From Podarcis vaucheri (Eukaryota), in NCBI GenBank assembly GCA_965113315.1, contig OZ220373.1: a stretch of DNA of 64,000 nt; one strand, written 5' to 3'. The notes under the pieces are model-generated. The model made no database searches, was not told the origin of the DNA, and saw only the letters and a list, made by a program, of their open reading frames with translations. Shown here piece by piece: positions 10,801 through 25,800 of this stretch. Position numbers and translations under genes: made by a program. Position 1 is the stretch's first letter, and every line of letters begins with the position of its first letter.

Positions 10801-13800
10801 TTCTAATTTGCTGCAGCAAATCTGTCAAACCCCAATTGACAGGACAATGTTCATAGGGCTAAAAATGCAACATTTCAATGTTTTTTCTCTGCCTCTCCAT
10901 TAGAGTCAGTTGTCACATTTTAGCTTCAAACAATATCATAATTGTTACCATTTTTATTTGAAATGTACCTGGAGTAACTAGGATGTTAAATAACAAGTTA
11001 ATTATTATTTTTTAAATAGAAGAGGTATTGCACTAGCATTGGATAGAGCCAATTGCTAGTGGTAGCATTTATTGATGAATAAATGGTTTGAGACAGGTTT
11101 GCTTCTGAAATAAAGGGTTGTATGCAACAAAGCTGTCCCATTAGAACAAGGACTTACACCTGCACACTGGGACTTCATCTTCTCTTCCTGTGCTTCTCTA
11201 TTCTGTTTGGGAGGGGTGTGGGGGAGAGAAGTTGGAGAGGAGTTCTCATTGCACTAAACCACTTTGTTGGATACAAAGGCATTGGGAGCTTTGTTACTGA
11301 GGGAGAATCTAACATACTTTCTGAGCAATGTTTTAGCAGTGTCTTCATTCAATTCTTTGCTTTTTCTGCTAATTGTAAAATGTCTTAGAAGATCAGTGGT
11401 GGGAGAGGAGTACAGGTTTGAAAGGTAGCTGCAAATGTGCAGGAAGTTAATCAATTTCATCTACTAATGTAAATATTTAAAACATTTTTTCTTTAGGTTG
11501 CTCTTCCTGCAGACGAAGATTTTATAGCCCTGAAGCCAAGAACTGGAAAAGCTGCAAAGGTTTGTGTTTTGAATGTTACAGCACATGCAGGAGGGATATC
11601 TGGCTGGAACTGCTGGGTATATAAGTAGTTCAAGCAGGTTAACATTTAATAACATGACTGCACCCCAGATATCCTGTGGGGATTACTTGTGTGGCCTTAA
11701 ACATATATTTGGTTTGATACTCTTTGAGTGTTGCAGAAAGATGATGCAATGAATCACTCTGTTTGCTCAAGGCACTTTGGACAAAAGCATTATCCAGAGT
11801 TCTTTGTAAAGGTCCTTGTTTCAATCTCTGGCATCTGCAAATAGGGCTAAGAAACCCTGGAGAGCTGCTGCCAGTCAGAGTAGACAGTATGGAGCTAGAT
11901 TGGCCAGTGGTCTTACTCAGTATAAGGCAGCTTCCTATGACTTTTCACTTGACCAGCCTTTTTGTTAAAATTGGTTGGAAAGCTCAGTTTAACATTGGAA
12001 TTAGAATAGCAATAATATTATTAGCTGGGACTCAAGCTCATTCTAGCATTGGGGTATTTCTTTTGCTTATGGGTTGGGTGAAGGTTTTTATTCACATTCT
12101 TGTTGTGTGGTTCTTCATTAACACAAAGTATAGCAAAATCTATTAATGCAGCTTCTTAGAAGAAGGTTAGCAGACAACAGTCTTAGGATGGTGGTTTTTA
12201 GGCAGTGATAATGTGTTTATCAAAAGTGCTCTATTTTTCAATTTGAGCTAGTCATAAATTCCATGTAGACAAGCAAGATGACAAAGCTCTCTTCACAGTG
12301 GTCTTTTAAGTGTAATTTCCATCATACATGGGGATATCAGTTTCCATAGTTTAGCAGTTGCATTCATTTCAGTATCCCAAGAGATGTACAGTGTTTATAA
12401 TGTCAAGACAGCTTGCAGAAATGTGCCAGCTTGTGGGGATTAGTATCAGGAGTGCAGTTTCCTATGTTTCGGGGTTTGAAGTACATACGTGAAAAGCCTT
12501 TTCTAATAATAATAAAAATAAGGCTCCACTCTATAATGAATTCAGGAGAAACATTGGAGTGATTTATGATCAGTTGTTCTAAAATTTTAATACAAAGTTA
12601 CATTCTGCGAAGATACTTGACAAAAATTAAGGTATATGTGTTCATTTTATCCCCCCAGGAATATCCATTCATTCTTGATGCTTTTCAAAGAGAAGCTATT
12701 CTGTGTGTGGATAACAATCAGTCGGTGCTGGTGTCTGCTCATACATCAGCAGGGAAAACAGTGTGTGCAGAGTAAGTAATTCTGAGATGAATTTAAAAAT
12801 AAATGCCGGGGGGGGGGCTTATTGTAAGTTATCCCAAAATACTCAGTGGTGGAAAGTAAAAAATCACTTGCAGATAACCAGGTGATCTTGGACTGCTTTT
12901 TAAATATGTATATCACCTCTCCAGTTTTGTTGCTCACGGTGTTGGCAGTTGCATTTCAGCGGTTCTCAACCTGTGGGTCCCCAGATGTTGTTGGACTACA
13001 ACTCCCATCATCCCTGAGCTCTGGCCTTGCTAGCTAGAGGTGATGGGAGTTGTAGTCCAACAACATTTGAGGACCCAGAGGTTGAGAAAGGTTGCTCTAC
13101 ATGAATAGGTGTGGGAGAATCAGGATGTAGGGGAGAGTCTAGAGAGGTTAGGTGTTGGCAGTGTCTTGACTGTTTATTGGCATGACTAGTTTTGCTGTAC
13201 CACTTGGAAAAGCTTAATTCGGTTTTCCAAAAGATTTTTTCTTGGAAGGCTGCCAGTAGAAGGAAGGGGAAAGTGATTTTTGCCAGTCCCTAGTATCACC
13301 TCCCACACTGTTTTGGAGGGCTGGGGGTGGCATTGGAGGTTGTAGAGGGAGGGGGAATCACAGAATTCCCCATCGGCACCAGCAGGATCCCTCTACTGGG
13401 TCAAAAGCTTTCTGTGGACAGAAGACAACTTTCTGTTCACTGATGGTAAAGTCTGGATCTGATCCTTTGTGTCTCTTGTTTATTTTTATAGATCTGCAGT
13501 TCTTAGGCTGTTAAGTGTTTGGGGCAGAGTATGGAATTTGAATGCTTGAGATTTTCTCATCCATTCTCCTGTTTTACATTGACTGGACTACTATTTGATT
13601 TATTGGTTTTCAGCCTGTAGCTTGTTTCTAAATGTGTCTCCTTTACAAATCTATTGATAGATCCAATAGCAATGAAAAGTGTTTTGAAGTATCTTTGCTT
13701 TTAATGAATGCTCAATCGCATATGCCCTGCAGGTATGCCATCGCTTTAGCTTTAAGGGAAAAACAGCGTGTGATATTTACTAGTCCCATCAAAGCTCTCA

Positions 13801-16800
13801 GTAACCAAAAATATCGTGAGATGTATGAAGAATTTCAAGATGTTGGTCTGATGACAGGGGATGTCACCATCAATCCGACAGCATCTTGTCTTGTAATGAC
13901 AACGGAGGTAAGTTTGTCTAGGAGTTACCCTGTCCTGACACTGGTTTTCTCTGCTGGAGTGTTGGTGGCTCATATTTATGTTTACGAAGAAGTCAGTCCC
14001 ACTGTGTTCAATGGGGCTTACCCTTTAGTAAGTGCGTTTAGGATTACAGTGTGCAATACCCAATTTGTGTTATTGAGGATAAAACAAATAGTTGTCTATA
14101 GCAAAAATAACTATGAAAAGTCAATATACTATGCTGAACCATTTTAACTTCCCTCTGTCATTGCACCTTTCCTTGTCTGTACTCCCATATAGTTCCCATA
14201 TAGCAACAATTTTTTTATTATACAGCGGAACCTTGGTTCTCGAACGTAATCCATGACTCCCAAAATGTTCGACAACAAAACATAAAAAAGAGAATATCCT
14301 ATACAAGTGACAAATCAGTAGAAACCAATAATAATAATTACAACAATAATAATAAAAATTTAATTAATAAAAATTAAATACATTATGAAGAGAGACTTTG
14401 TCTGTATGGGCAACCCTGTGTGGAGTACTTGTGCCACTATTTATTGCAGTGCCTATTATATATAGACCCAAAAGACTGATTCATAAAACCCCTGTTTCCG
14501 AATGGAACTCACTTGAATAGGGTGGAAAGGGTGAATTGGCTGCTGAGCAATACTGATGACTTTGTAACTTGTAAAGCAGCACTCTATGTGTTGGCAGCTA
14601 AGAAGATCAGGAGGAAAGAACTAGATAAAATAGCAGTCAACTGCAAAAGGGATTTGGATATTTAATTTGGCACATTTTACTAGAGAATCTTCTGCTATTC
14701 TATTTCATGCAACAAAGAATCTTAGTAGTTGTGACCGTGGTGTATACTGTATGTGTGGTGCCTGATGATTTTCATGGTTATTGCTGTTTTTCCTTTTGTT
14801 ATTTTTCTGAATGATGCCATGGCCTATGGCTAGCGCAATAAAAGTCGATGGTAATGATAATAATAATAACAGTTTACAGTTATACCCAACTTAAAATAAC
14901 CGTCAGCCCCAACTAAACATTTAATCAACCCCAACCTGACAAAAACAAAACATAGGAGCCAAAATTAGAACCATTTAAAACATTTTAAACCTTTTTAGCT
15001 GGTTGCCCCAACCCAAGAGTTGTTCCAGCAGTGTCCCAGTGGCTGTGAGTCTGGGCCCCGCCTCCTAGGCCAGGTGGAAATGGGACTTGCAGGAGGGAGC
15101 AGGCTTCCTTCCAGCACTCACAGCAGTTGCAATCCTTTATAAGTAAAGGATTCATGAAATTTCACTTTAGAGCCTGGGCCTTAAAGAAATCTTGCATCAC
15201 AGTGTTATTTGTAAATAGGGCTTAGATTTTGGCCAATGTATTTATTCCTGTTTGTAATGCATTGTTCTGTGGGCTGAAGGTGAATTATGGCAGTGGCCAT
15301 GTCACAGTCTTCTTTCCTAATTGAAATTTCTTTTTCTTTTTAGATTTTGAGAAGTATGCTTTACAGAGGTTCTGAGGTCATGCGTGAAGTTGCTTGGGTT
15401 ATATTTGATGAAATTCATTACATGAGGGATTCAGGTATTGCATTTTTGCTAATTGTGTATGGATTCATGCATGCAGAAATCAGATGGAAATAATGTGTCT
15501 TATAACGTTTCCTGTGGGTTTCCTGTTTCTAGAGCGTGGTGTGGTATGGGAGGAAACCATCATTTTACTCCCAGACAACGTTCACTATGTGTTCCTTTCT
15601 GCCACTATTCCAAATGCACGCCAGTTTGCTGAATGGATATGCCATCTTCACAAACAGGTAAAGTTCTATATGTGAAATAACTTTTGGAATTATACTGCAT
15701 TAGAAGGCAGTGATTTCTAGAGAATGATGCCTCAGAAGTTTCTAGTTAATTCAGTGACTTCGTTTGGATGTTAAACTGTGGTTTGGGCTATGTGAATGAG
15801 CCCAACCTTCTCCTGGCTTGCATTCATCACCCCCTGCCCCCTTGGAGGAGTTCAGAAGCCTTTTATTTCACTTTTACGTAATGTCTGAACCAGGAATTGT
15901 CCCTAACTTCAAGTAATGGGCAGATCCTGTGACTGAGCTTGCCTTCACAGGAAGGGAGTCATTCATCTTGTTGAGAAGCCTGTATTGATAACCTAGCTCA
16001 GCTGGTTGTAATATAGAAGTTGAACATGTCAAATACACTGTGTACTGCTTATAAAGGCGCTATAAATTTTGTAAATAATGGGTTTCTCTCTTCCAGCCTT
16101 GTCATGTGATTTACACAGATTATCGACCCACTCCGCTGCAACATTATATCTTCCCAGCAGGGGGAGATGGACTCCATCTTGTAGTTGATGAAAATGTAAG
16201 GAATTGTTTGATTGATTTTGGTGATGCCTGTACTTGTAATGTAAAATGCAAAAATGAAAGATGTGGGGTGAAGAATAAGGGCCAGTAGGCACATCCAAGG
16301 GTTTGTGAAAGCCCACTACGATATTTGATACTTTTTAAATTGAACAGCAGCTACTGATCCATAAGCATAAGCTTGTGCCATATGTGCATCTATGGCACAT
16401 AAATCTTGTGTCATAGCAAAGTCTGCTTTTGAGTACCCCTCCTAGTTTCCAAAATGATTTGCCACGCAGCATAGAAGAACAGAAAGCTGAAAATATTTTT
16501 GTGTTTGGAAATCTTGAGATTCCTCCAGGCTTGCTAATAACTCCCTCTTCTGCCTGGTTAGTAGGGATCAGCGCTAGGAAAAGGACTTCCTCTATTAAGA
16601 TATAGCAAGAGTCTTTGGTTTAGTTTGGTATTTTTTGTATCAAATAATCCTACAGTGTGGGGCTCCTTTAATATTAGATCATATTTTCTTATTAAGGCTT
16701 AATTCTTTGTTAAGGGTTTTTTGTTGTTGTTGTTTACATAAAATGATAGTGTTTCAGCCTCTTGCGTGTATGATACATTTTCATTGTAACTGCCCTGGGT

Positions 16801-19800
16801 CTCGAGGGCAACAGTTCTGAACCTTTTCAGTATGGTGACCACAAGTCCAAATTTACTTGGAATAGTTCCCCATTGATTTATAGTCACATGAATTTTCGAG
16901 CTAGGGTCTTCGACAACCATCAGTTTCATGTATTTTAATGACAAGCTTGCCTATTTTATAACCATTACTTGAGTAACACAAGCAAAACTTTACTTAGCAC
17001 CCATATTAATGTGGAATTTTGTTGAAAGATGATAGTACTTGCAAAGTCAATCGCAGTTTTTATGGGAATGTAGGAACACCAATCATTGATTGCATCAGCT
17101 ATTAAGATTTTATTCCAAAAACGTAAGAGTTTCACAAACAGCGTTCGTTATAACAAACTGAATGGGCTATTTTGGCATGCATGAGTAGCATGGCTGAGCT
17201 TGCATTTTGCCAATGAGTAGGTCAATATGGGGTTAGATGATTGTCAGACAGAGCCTCAGATCATTATTAACACATAGCCTGCTACTGTATTTCATCCTCA
17301 TAGTAGTCATTGCTGGAAACCCTGCTTTGCAAAGATATGCACTACCAAATGGCAGCATCACAGGTGTTGCTCCATCAGCAAGATCAGGGTATTCAGTAGT
17401 TTTGTTAACATGAAGCCAAAATTCAGATAATTCAGCTGCTCAGAGTGGCTGGGGAAACCCAGCCTGATGGCTCAGTATTATTTATAACCTCACATCTAAA
17501 AAAAATTAATTGAGGGTCCTATCACATGACAGCTCAATGAGTTGTTCTTTTTATAAAGACCACTTTGTAACATCAGTTGCAAATGGGTTTCACACCCACT
17601 CAAGCTTCTCCGCAGAAAAGCATTGGACAAATTTTGACTAAACAAACTTCAAATCATCCTTGATTAAGCTATTAACTAACTCGGTTTGCCACAAGGCCCT
17701 CGCACAGTGAACTGTCACTGGATGTGTTGCCAGAGAGCAACTTTACAAGCATCAACAGCACATTATAATGTGCCATCAAAACCAAGTTGTATCATCATGA
17801 CATTTAAGGACATTAAGGACTAAAAGCAGTCATTATGTTGGATTTCCTTATAAAGCCTGAATCCTGCTTGCAGTTAATAACTCACAGGTTGGGGAACACT
17901 GCTCTAGGGAGCTGTGCTGTTGTGTAAGTTATGCTGTGATTTTTAAAATACAGGGTTTTCTAGTTTCTGTGGGATGAGGATTTCCACCTTTCTCTTCCAA
18001 CAGCCTCTTGGGATACGGTGGCTACTGCACATGCTCAGTGCTCAATGGGCTTTTTTATGTTGTTCCCCTGTCCGTGGGCTTTTTTCTGAGGTGGGGTTTT
18101 TTTTGTACTTCTGCAAACCTTGGGATTTCTATGAACCTGGTGACACCTCTCTTGCATTTGGATGGTAGTGTTTACATGTCAATAAAGTTCACTTTCCCTC
18201 CCCCAGGGTGATTTTAGAGAAGATAATTTTAACACGGCCATGCAAGTCCTTCGAGATGCAGGTGACTTAGCTAAAGGGGACCAAAAAGGTAGAAAAGGAG
18301 GAACAAAAGGTGGGTATAAACATTTCAGTGTAAAATGTGTTGTGAGATAAACAGCAGTGAAAATTAATATATTCTGCCTCCTATCCTTCCACAACATTTA
18401 TACTTATTTCTGACTGTGCTGTCTTCGTAGGTCCGTCAAATGTTTTTAAGATTGTAAAGATGATAATGGAAAGAAACTTTCAACCAGTAATTATATTCAG
18501 TTTCAGTAAGAAAGATTGTGAAGCATATGCTCTTCAAATGACAAAACTGGACTTCAATACAGGTGTGTACTAACTTCTTCCTGCATATACTTCTAATAGA
18601 TGGTTTACTTAACAACGACCAAGATCTAAGCTGCTTATGGTTGTATTCAACTAAATTCCTCTTAGAATGGACTCATTAAAATGAATGTCTATTATAAACA
18701 TCGGTTCATTCATTTCAGTAGGTCTCTTCTGAGTATAACTTAGTTGGACACAACACTTAGTCTCAAGTATGCTAACTCTTTTTTTAAAAAAAAAACATGG
18801 CTTTTGAGACTTCCTCTGATTCGAAAGCAGTTTGCTTTGTAGAATATGGAACTGCTGTTTAAGACAGAAACTATTCCCCTTGACTCACAGAGTTTGGATC
18901 ATGTTACTGTGGATTTTGGCATGCAACGTGCAAGAACTCTGTGTCTGTTTTCACAGTAGTACAGTTTGCAAAATAAAATTGTCTTTTTAATTTATGCACG
19001 TTACTCGTAAAATTTTATTTAAATAAACTAATTACAGTTTGAATCTCTTTGTGTGCTTGGAGCATTGCGAGAGCACACTCCTGCTGAGCCCTTTTTCCAC
19101 AGTATGTTATATGTGTCATGCTCCCAGGAGAGCTCTTTTGTCACCAAACTCTGGACTGCAGAAGAGAAAAATAATCTGCCAATTCTTTAATGATTTCTCC
19201 AACATTTCATTGTTTGACAGATGAAAAAAAATGGTCGATCCCAGAATTTTTGTATGTTCTTGTTACGTATAATTAACATTTAATGAATTCTTATATAAAT
19301 TTATTAAAAGTGCCAGAATCTGACTTATTTATGTTGCCTGTATTTACAATTCTATAATGGGTGTGGTGTTGAGGGTTCTTTAAAGAACCCAGAGAGGCCT
19401 CTGAGCTGTGTAACATGGCAAGAGAAACATCTTACCAATTTATCCCACATCCCCATTACTATTTATGAGTCAAGTTATTTTGTACATAGGACCTTTTTTT
19501 AGTGGGCTTTTTGATGGTACTTTTATATCCTTTGGGTTACAAGCATGATTTTTTTATATATAGAACAAAAATATTTATGCAGAAATTTTTCCTTTTTTCA
19601 GATGAAGAAAAAAGGATGGTTGAAGAAGTGTTTAATAATGCAATTGACTGTTTGTCTGATGAAGACAAAAAACTTCCTCAAGTGAGTGCTTAAGGATAAT
19701 TAAGACTGTTCAGAATTCTCAGACCATTATTGTGCATTTTGAAAGTGGGACGTTAAAGTGAGTTTATGCTACATGGCCACCAAAAAGTAATGTCCAACAT

Positions 19801-22800
19801 CTGTTTCCATCTTAGCATACATAAATGAGTTTAGAAAAATAAAGCTCTCTATCATGTTGAATGGCCTAACTGTAATCCTAGGCAATGTAGACAAAACTAT
19901 GTTGCTTTGAAAAGCAAAGTTCTGATGATGTGTTCAACGGATGTAAGAGTTGACTCTTAGATTGCTCTCTTTTAGACTTACAAGGAAATCCATGAATACA
20001 TTAGCTCACTGAAATTGAATTTCATGTAGCCACACATGCCTAAATTAGTGACCTGTGGACTAAAAAAAAAAAAAGACAGTCTTTGTAAATCCTTCTTTCG
20101 GTTAGCCTGGAGAAAATACTTACTTACAACAAGCAGTTAGGCAAGTGACTACTTACAAGCCTGATAAATCTCTGTAAATCTTGATCCCTTCTTTTGCGAG
20201 TGAAATATGTGATCCATATTTGTTCTCAGGTTGAGCATGTTCTTCCACTTTTGAAGCGAGGCATTGGAATCCACCATGGGGGGTTGCTTCCTATTCTAAA
20301 GGAAACCATAGAAATACTTTTCTCTGAAGGATTGATCAAGGTATGTACTATTAGGCATGTATTGGTAATTCCCTTCACTTATGAGTGTCCTTACACATTG
20401 GATCTTTGTCACCACAGAATGGACCATGAAACACCAGATTATAAATTAAAAACCACAGCAAATTCCTTCATAAATTGCTTTTTAGAAGCTTTATAGCTGT
20501 TAATTGCTGGGTTTTGTCATTCAGTCTTATGGACAGGGCATTTATCTCTGAACTGAACTAATGTGCAATATTGTAAGGTCCTACTCAGCAACAAATATTG
20601 CAAAGGGGCCAAAGGCGTGAGTTGAGCGAGAGCTGGAGGAACATTCTTGCTGACGAACACTGTAAGAATCAAGTGTTTTTCTACAACTTCCTCCTTGACG
20701 TGAAGAGCAAGAGAATTTTGACAGATCCTTTCACTTAATTTTTGCAACTTTCTCACATTCAAGCCAGCTGCTCACTAACAGACACCTCTCTCTTTCTTTG
20801 TTGCCCATGCTACAGAATAGCTTAAAGAGCTCACTGCCTGTTACTGTTCTGATACAGAAGCGCATGGCAAATAAAGATATATCCTTGGGATCAGAGGTAG
20901 TACATTGGTCAGGTAGTAAGCATCTGGTAGCCAGGTGCCCCTGAAACTTCAGTTGCCTAGCTTTATTCTGAATTTGGGTTATAGACCATCCAAATGCAGG
21001 GAAATTTAGTTCAGTCTTCTTCATCTCATGTTCCAAAACAGAGTTACTTTGTTCTTATTCATTGCTTTGCTTCCGTAGGCCTTATTTGCAACTGAGACTT
21101 TTGCTATGGGAATAAACATGCCGGCAAGAACAGTGCTGTTCACAAGTGCCCGAAAGTTTGATGGGAAGGATTTCCGATGGGTAAGCAGATACAACATTCT
21201 GGATAAGCAAGATGCTGCAACACATACAGTGGTGCCTCGCAAGACGAAATTAATCCATTCCGCGAGTCTCTTTGTCTTGCGGTTTTTTCGTCTTGCGAAG
21301 CACGGCTATTAGCGGCTTAGCAGCTATTAACGGCTTAGCGGCTATTAGCGGCTTAGGGGCTTTAAGAAAAAGGAAACAAACTTGCAAGAACTCTCAAGAC
21401 GTTTCGTCTTGCAAAGCAAGCCCATAGGGAAATTCAAAAAACTCAAAAAACGGAAAACTCTTTCGTCTTGCGCGTTTTTCGTCTTGCGAGGCATTCGTCT
21501 TGCGAGGTACCACTGTAGTTGAAGTCACTTAAGTTTATGACCCATCAGTCTGAGTACAGAAAGCAACCATTAGCATGCTGAGCTTAATTTTAGGGTTTCC
21601 TTTGTTGCTGATTCTAAAGGCATTGTCTCCAAACATTTATGTTGTTGCTTGGATTTTGCCTTCCGTTTATTTTTTTATACACACGCTTTGTTTCACCAGT
21701 TCTTTGTTACTTCACAAACCTTAAGACTGCTGCTTCAGTTTTCTGTTGTTTTCTCCCTTCTCTCTGTTAGTAACCTTACTTTTGGAATACTGAAATACTG
21801 TTGGCGCAGTCACTTCCTGTATGTAAAACATGCTTTAAAAATATAGCTTCTTACTCAGCCTTTGTATCCCCTCCTCCTGCCTCATCCCTCATGTAGCTTC
21901 CCTCCCATTTGGACTGAGAGCCTTGACTTCTTTTTGCACATATGCCTATTTGTCTAATTCTGTTATTCTTTCAGATCACCTCAGGTGAATATATTCAGAT
22001 GTCTGGTCGTGCTGGACGTCGAGGCATGGATGATAGGGGAATAGTTATTCTGATGGTGGATGAAAAGATGAGCCCAACAATTGGAAAACAACTTCTTAAG
22101 GTATCTTGATCTCTGACAAGAATATTGCTAAAGGTGTATAAAGAGCATAATGTGAAATACTGCTCTTTAATTTTAACTTTCCTCCAACAGTAGTTACTGT
22201 AGTGATATATTAATCCTGTATTTCATTTAGGATAATAGTTGTGCAAGGTTATGCTGTTGGTTGGTTTTTGCATTGGTCCCCCATCCTCCATTCAACTGAA
22301 GTACAGATCTTAACCTGTAATCTTTATGTGAATCAGAAGCTGGCATTAGACTTCGGTTTTTCATAACCGGAGGGTTCCAGATTTGATAACAAAGCAGGTG
22401 TTTAGTAACTTCTTGCTATAGATAAGAGTGAATTCAGAGTAGAGTGATGTGGCCCATTTTGTGCATAATGTGGTGAGTGTTTGGTTTTGGGTTTTTAACG
22501 TTCTCCCTAGGGCGGAGAATGCATTGCGCAAAAGAGAATGTTAGTTTCCCAGTTACCTCAGTACACATTGCAGTTCCACATCTGTAATACAACTGACCCT
22601 TTGTCCACTGTATTTCTACACCAGCGGCAGCAAGTGTGATGTGAGGAAATTCATAGTAAGGTGCTGGGAAATGGAATAATCTGCACTTCGTGTTATGAAG
22701 GAGGAGGAACTTTACACTGGCCTGCCATCTTTGGTGGCAAACCCATGTTAATTGCAGCATTTTGTGCTTCCTTGTAGGGCAGAAAATGAGCACCTTGTAT

Positions 22801-25800
22801 ACTCTAGTTGCTTTCATTGGAAGATGCCAGTAATACTGTTCTATTAATCTCTGTAGTGCTCATGCTTAAAATAACTAACAGATTTGAACCACTATTTGGA
22901 ACTATTGTTGTAGTGGGAAACTGTCAGAAAATGGCATTTCCCCTGTCCTTGGAATCCATGAGGTGCATTGCTTCTAAAGGCTTCGTGACAGTGAGCACAG
23001 AAGGGTGTGGTTATGGGGGCAATTCCAAATTTAAACTACCATATTTTTCCATTTATAAGACTAGGTTTTTTCCCTTAAAAATAATGTCCAATATTGGGGG
23101 GCATATTATACATGGGGGCCATCTCCCCCCCATATTCTTAAACCGGAGCCCCCAAAATAGGGGGCGTCTTATGCATGGGGGCATCTTATAGACGGAAAAA
23201 TATGGTACATTAAGTAAAATTGAGCAAGTTGTATGTGTATGCTGGTTTAGATAGCAAACTGTATTAAGGGCCAATACTTTATCCTATAGTACAACAAACT
23301 TTTATGGTTAATCTTACCATACCATGTGGCTAATGTATTCCAGATTGGGGAAAACAGAGCAGTATTATCTTACTTCCATTCAATTAACAGACTCTTTCAA
23401 GAAAGTTCAGCTGGAAAGCTTAATTTGCAATGCAGGTTTGAGTCCTAAGAAGTTTGGCAAAATGAAAGAAAGCCTGGTTCTCTAAATTGCTCATTTTATA
23501 GACTGGGATCCCAAGAGGCCCGTGCCTGCCTGCCTGCCTGCAAAGTGTTTCCATGAAGGGTGGGAGATCCTGCTTTTCAGAAGGTCATGGTGCCTCGTGC
23601 CTCAGAACAGTTCTCCCAAAAGTCCCCCCTAAGCTTGAGGAGTGATTTTTCAGGGGACACAAGTAAGAAGAGCAGTCCTGAAGAGCTCTAGTACACATGC
23701 AGATGTCTGTGCACTGCCTTGACTCCATGCAGTAATTGGTAAACCTTCCCATGATTGGGGTTTTTTTTGCAGGCTTTTCATTTGTAGCAGCTTAGTTTTA
23801 TAAAATGACAATTCATTTGGAAATATAATTTACCTAGGCTGGAATCCTGAACATATGTCTTTTTAATCTGTTGAAACCTGTGGGAGTTGAACATGATTCT
23901 GTGACCTCTTTGGCTCACAGCTAGTGGCACTTCCCACGCTTCGGTCTGCCAGATGCTCCCTCTTAAATAACTGGCTGCCCTTGTGAAGAATGCTGTGGAT
24001 ACTTCATGACGAAAGCACCTCTCAAACACAGGGTTACTAACCAGTTGCGAAACTACATATCTCACCGCCCTTGCTATTGGCTATTCTGGCAGTGGCTGGA
24101 GGGAGTTGGGAGTCCCACATCACCAGGAGGTCCACAGGTTAGCCACCCCTGCTGCTCTGTTGTATTCATTCCCATGCAGTTTTCTTTCATATTATTTCTT
24201 CCTGGAGGAGCCTATATTTTACAGTCGACCCCCAAAGCTAATCTCTTGTTGGAAATCGTCTCCTGATCTCTGTGTTTATGACAAGACAGAGACACAAACC
24301 TTCAAGCTGCTGTCAGTGGAATCTGTCCAGCTGTGTAGAGCCCATGTGTAAACATCAGCTGAACACACAGACTTAATTGCAGGCTTGTCTGGTTTTGCAT
24401 CAAGCTCATTCGCATATGTTTCCAAGCATCTCCATGTGTGGGCAGGCTTTGAAAACTTAACTGACCTCAGTTTGCCAAGGGATGTGACCTGCCAGCCCAG
24501 AGCCTGGCATGGATGAATAGCCAGGGCAGTTCAGCAGCAGCAGCAGTCAGTATGTTCAATGCTTTGCTACTCAGAGCACAGCAGCTAGAATAATTTCAAT
24601 TCAAACCCATTTTTAAACGTTTGTTCCAGGCAGGCTTATTTTTACATTAGGCTTAAATCTACTAGGCAGCATATCACGGACTTGCATTTCAGGAAACTAC
24701 AGTATCACGTCCTTAAATCTGTATGTAGTTCCTCTATCTAGTAGAATTACATGCTTTCTGACAATGGTATCTTATAGGTTGTTTTTGTTACCAAATTTTT
24801 GCAATTATTTGCAATCAGTGTTGCTCCTAAAGAAACACATCAGGCAGTGTTGTTCACCTCAGGCAGAAGAAGTGACAGCAAGTTATTCAGTGCTTCTAGA
24901 ACAGTGGTGGCAAAGGGTGGGCTGGATCTGCCAACCCCCCAACCCTCATTTTGCCAATCGCAGTGGAATTGGCTGAGGTGCTATAACCAGCATTACTAGA
25001 GCTGCTACCATTTGCAGCTTCTGGGAAACTTCACTGAAAGAGGTTGCATCTGCCTTCTCTTTCACACAAACTGCAGTTAGGTGTTGTAGTGGTGATAACC
25101 AGCCGTTCCTGTAAGAGTTTGGAAGTAAAAGAGGAAGGGTGGGTAATAAATGCAGTTCTGGGCTTCAGAATAGTGACAACACTGTGCCCCGAGAACTTAT
25201 GTCTGAGTAGGCCTGCTTAAGTGCACACATGTCCTTATGTCCTCTTCCACATTGAGGATTAGGGCTGGGAGGCGGATGAAGCACATGTTGGCTCCAAGTC
25301 TTATAGAGAAGGTGGCTGCAGTGGGAGGAAATGTCTGGAACGCAGCACATGTGAGCAGTGGTGCCAGGGAACTTGAGGGGTGGCTATGCCAGCATCTGGT
25401 TTCCTGGGGTTTCTTCAGTATCTTCCCTGTATCCAAGCACTTCTCATTACTCTCTTCCTGCTCATCAGATGCTAGGGTTGTGTCTGTTTGGAGTGGGTGA
25501 TTTTCAGGGTGCAGAGGTTTCGACCATTGCCCAGCATCATGATGAGGACAAAGCAAATGGTCTGCTCCTCAGGTCAGTCATGTGGTGAGTGGAGAGGGGG
25601 CAATAACCTCTCTGCCTCCATGTCAGAAGCTCTGCCTTCCCACTCAGAGGCAGTACACTTTTGAATGCTAGTTGCTGGAAGCCACAGAAGGGGAGAGTGC
25701 TCTTGTGTTTGGACCCTGGTTGCAGGTTTGCCACAGGCATCTATCTGGCCATTGTGAGATCTGGATGGCCCATTGGCCTGATCCAGCTGGCTCTTCTCAC

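Noticed and set aside
22101-22110. MTREX intron 15 donor GTATCTTG as a U12-type intron
   Set aside because: Differs from the GTATCCTT consensus, and there is no TCCTTAAC branch site before the exon 16 acceptor.
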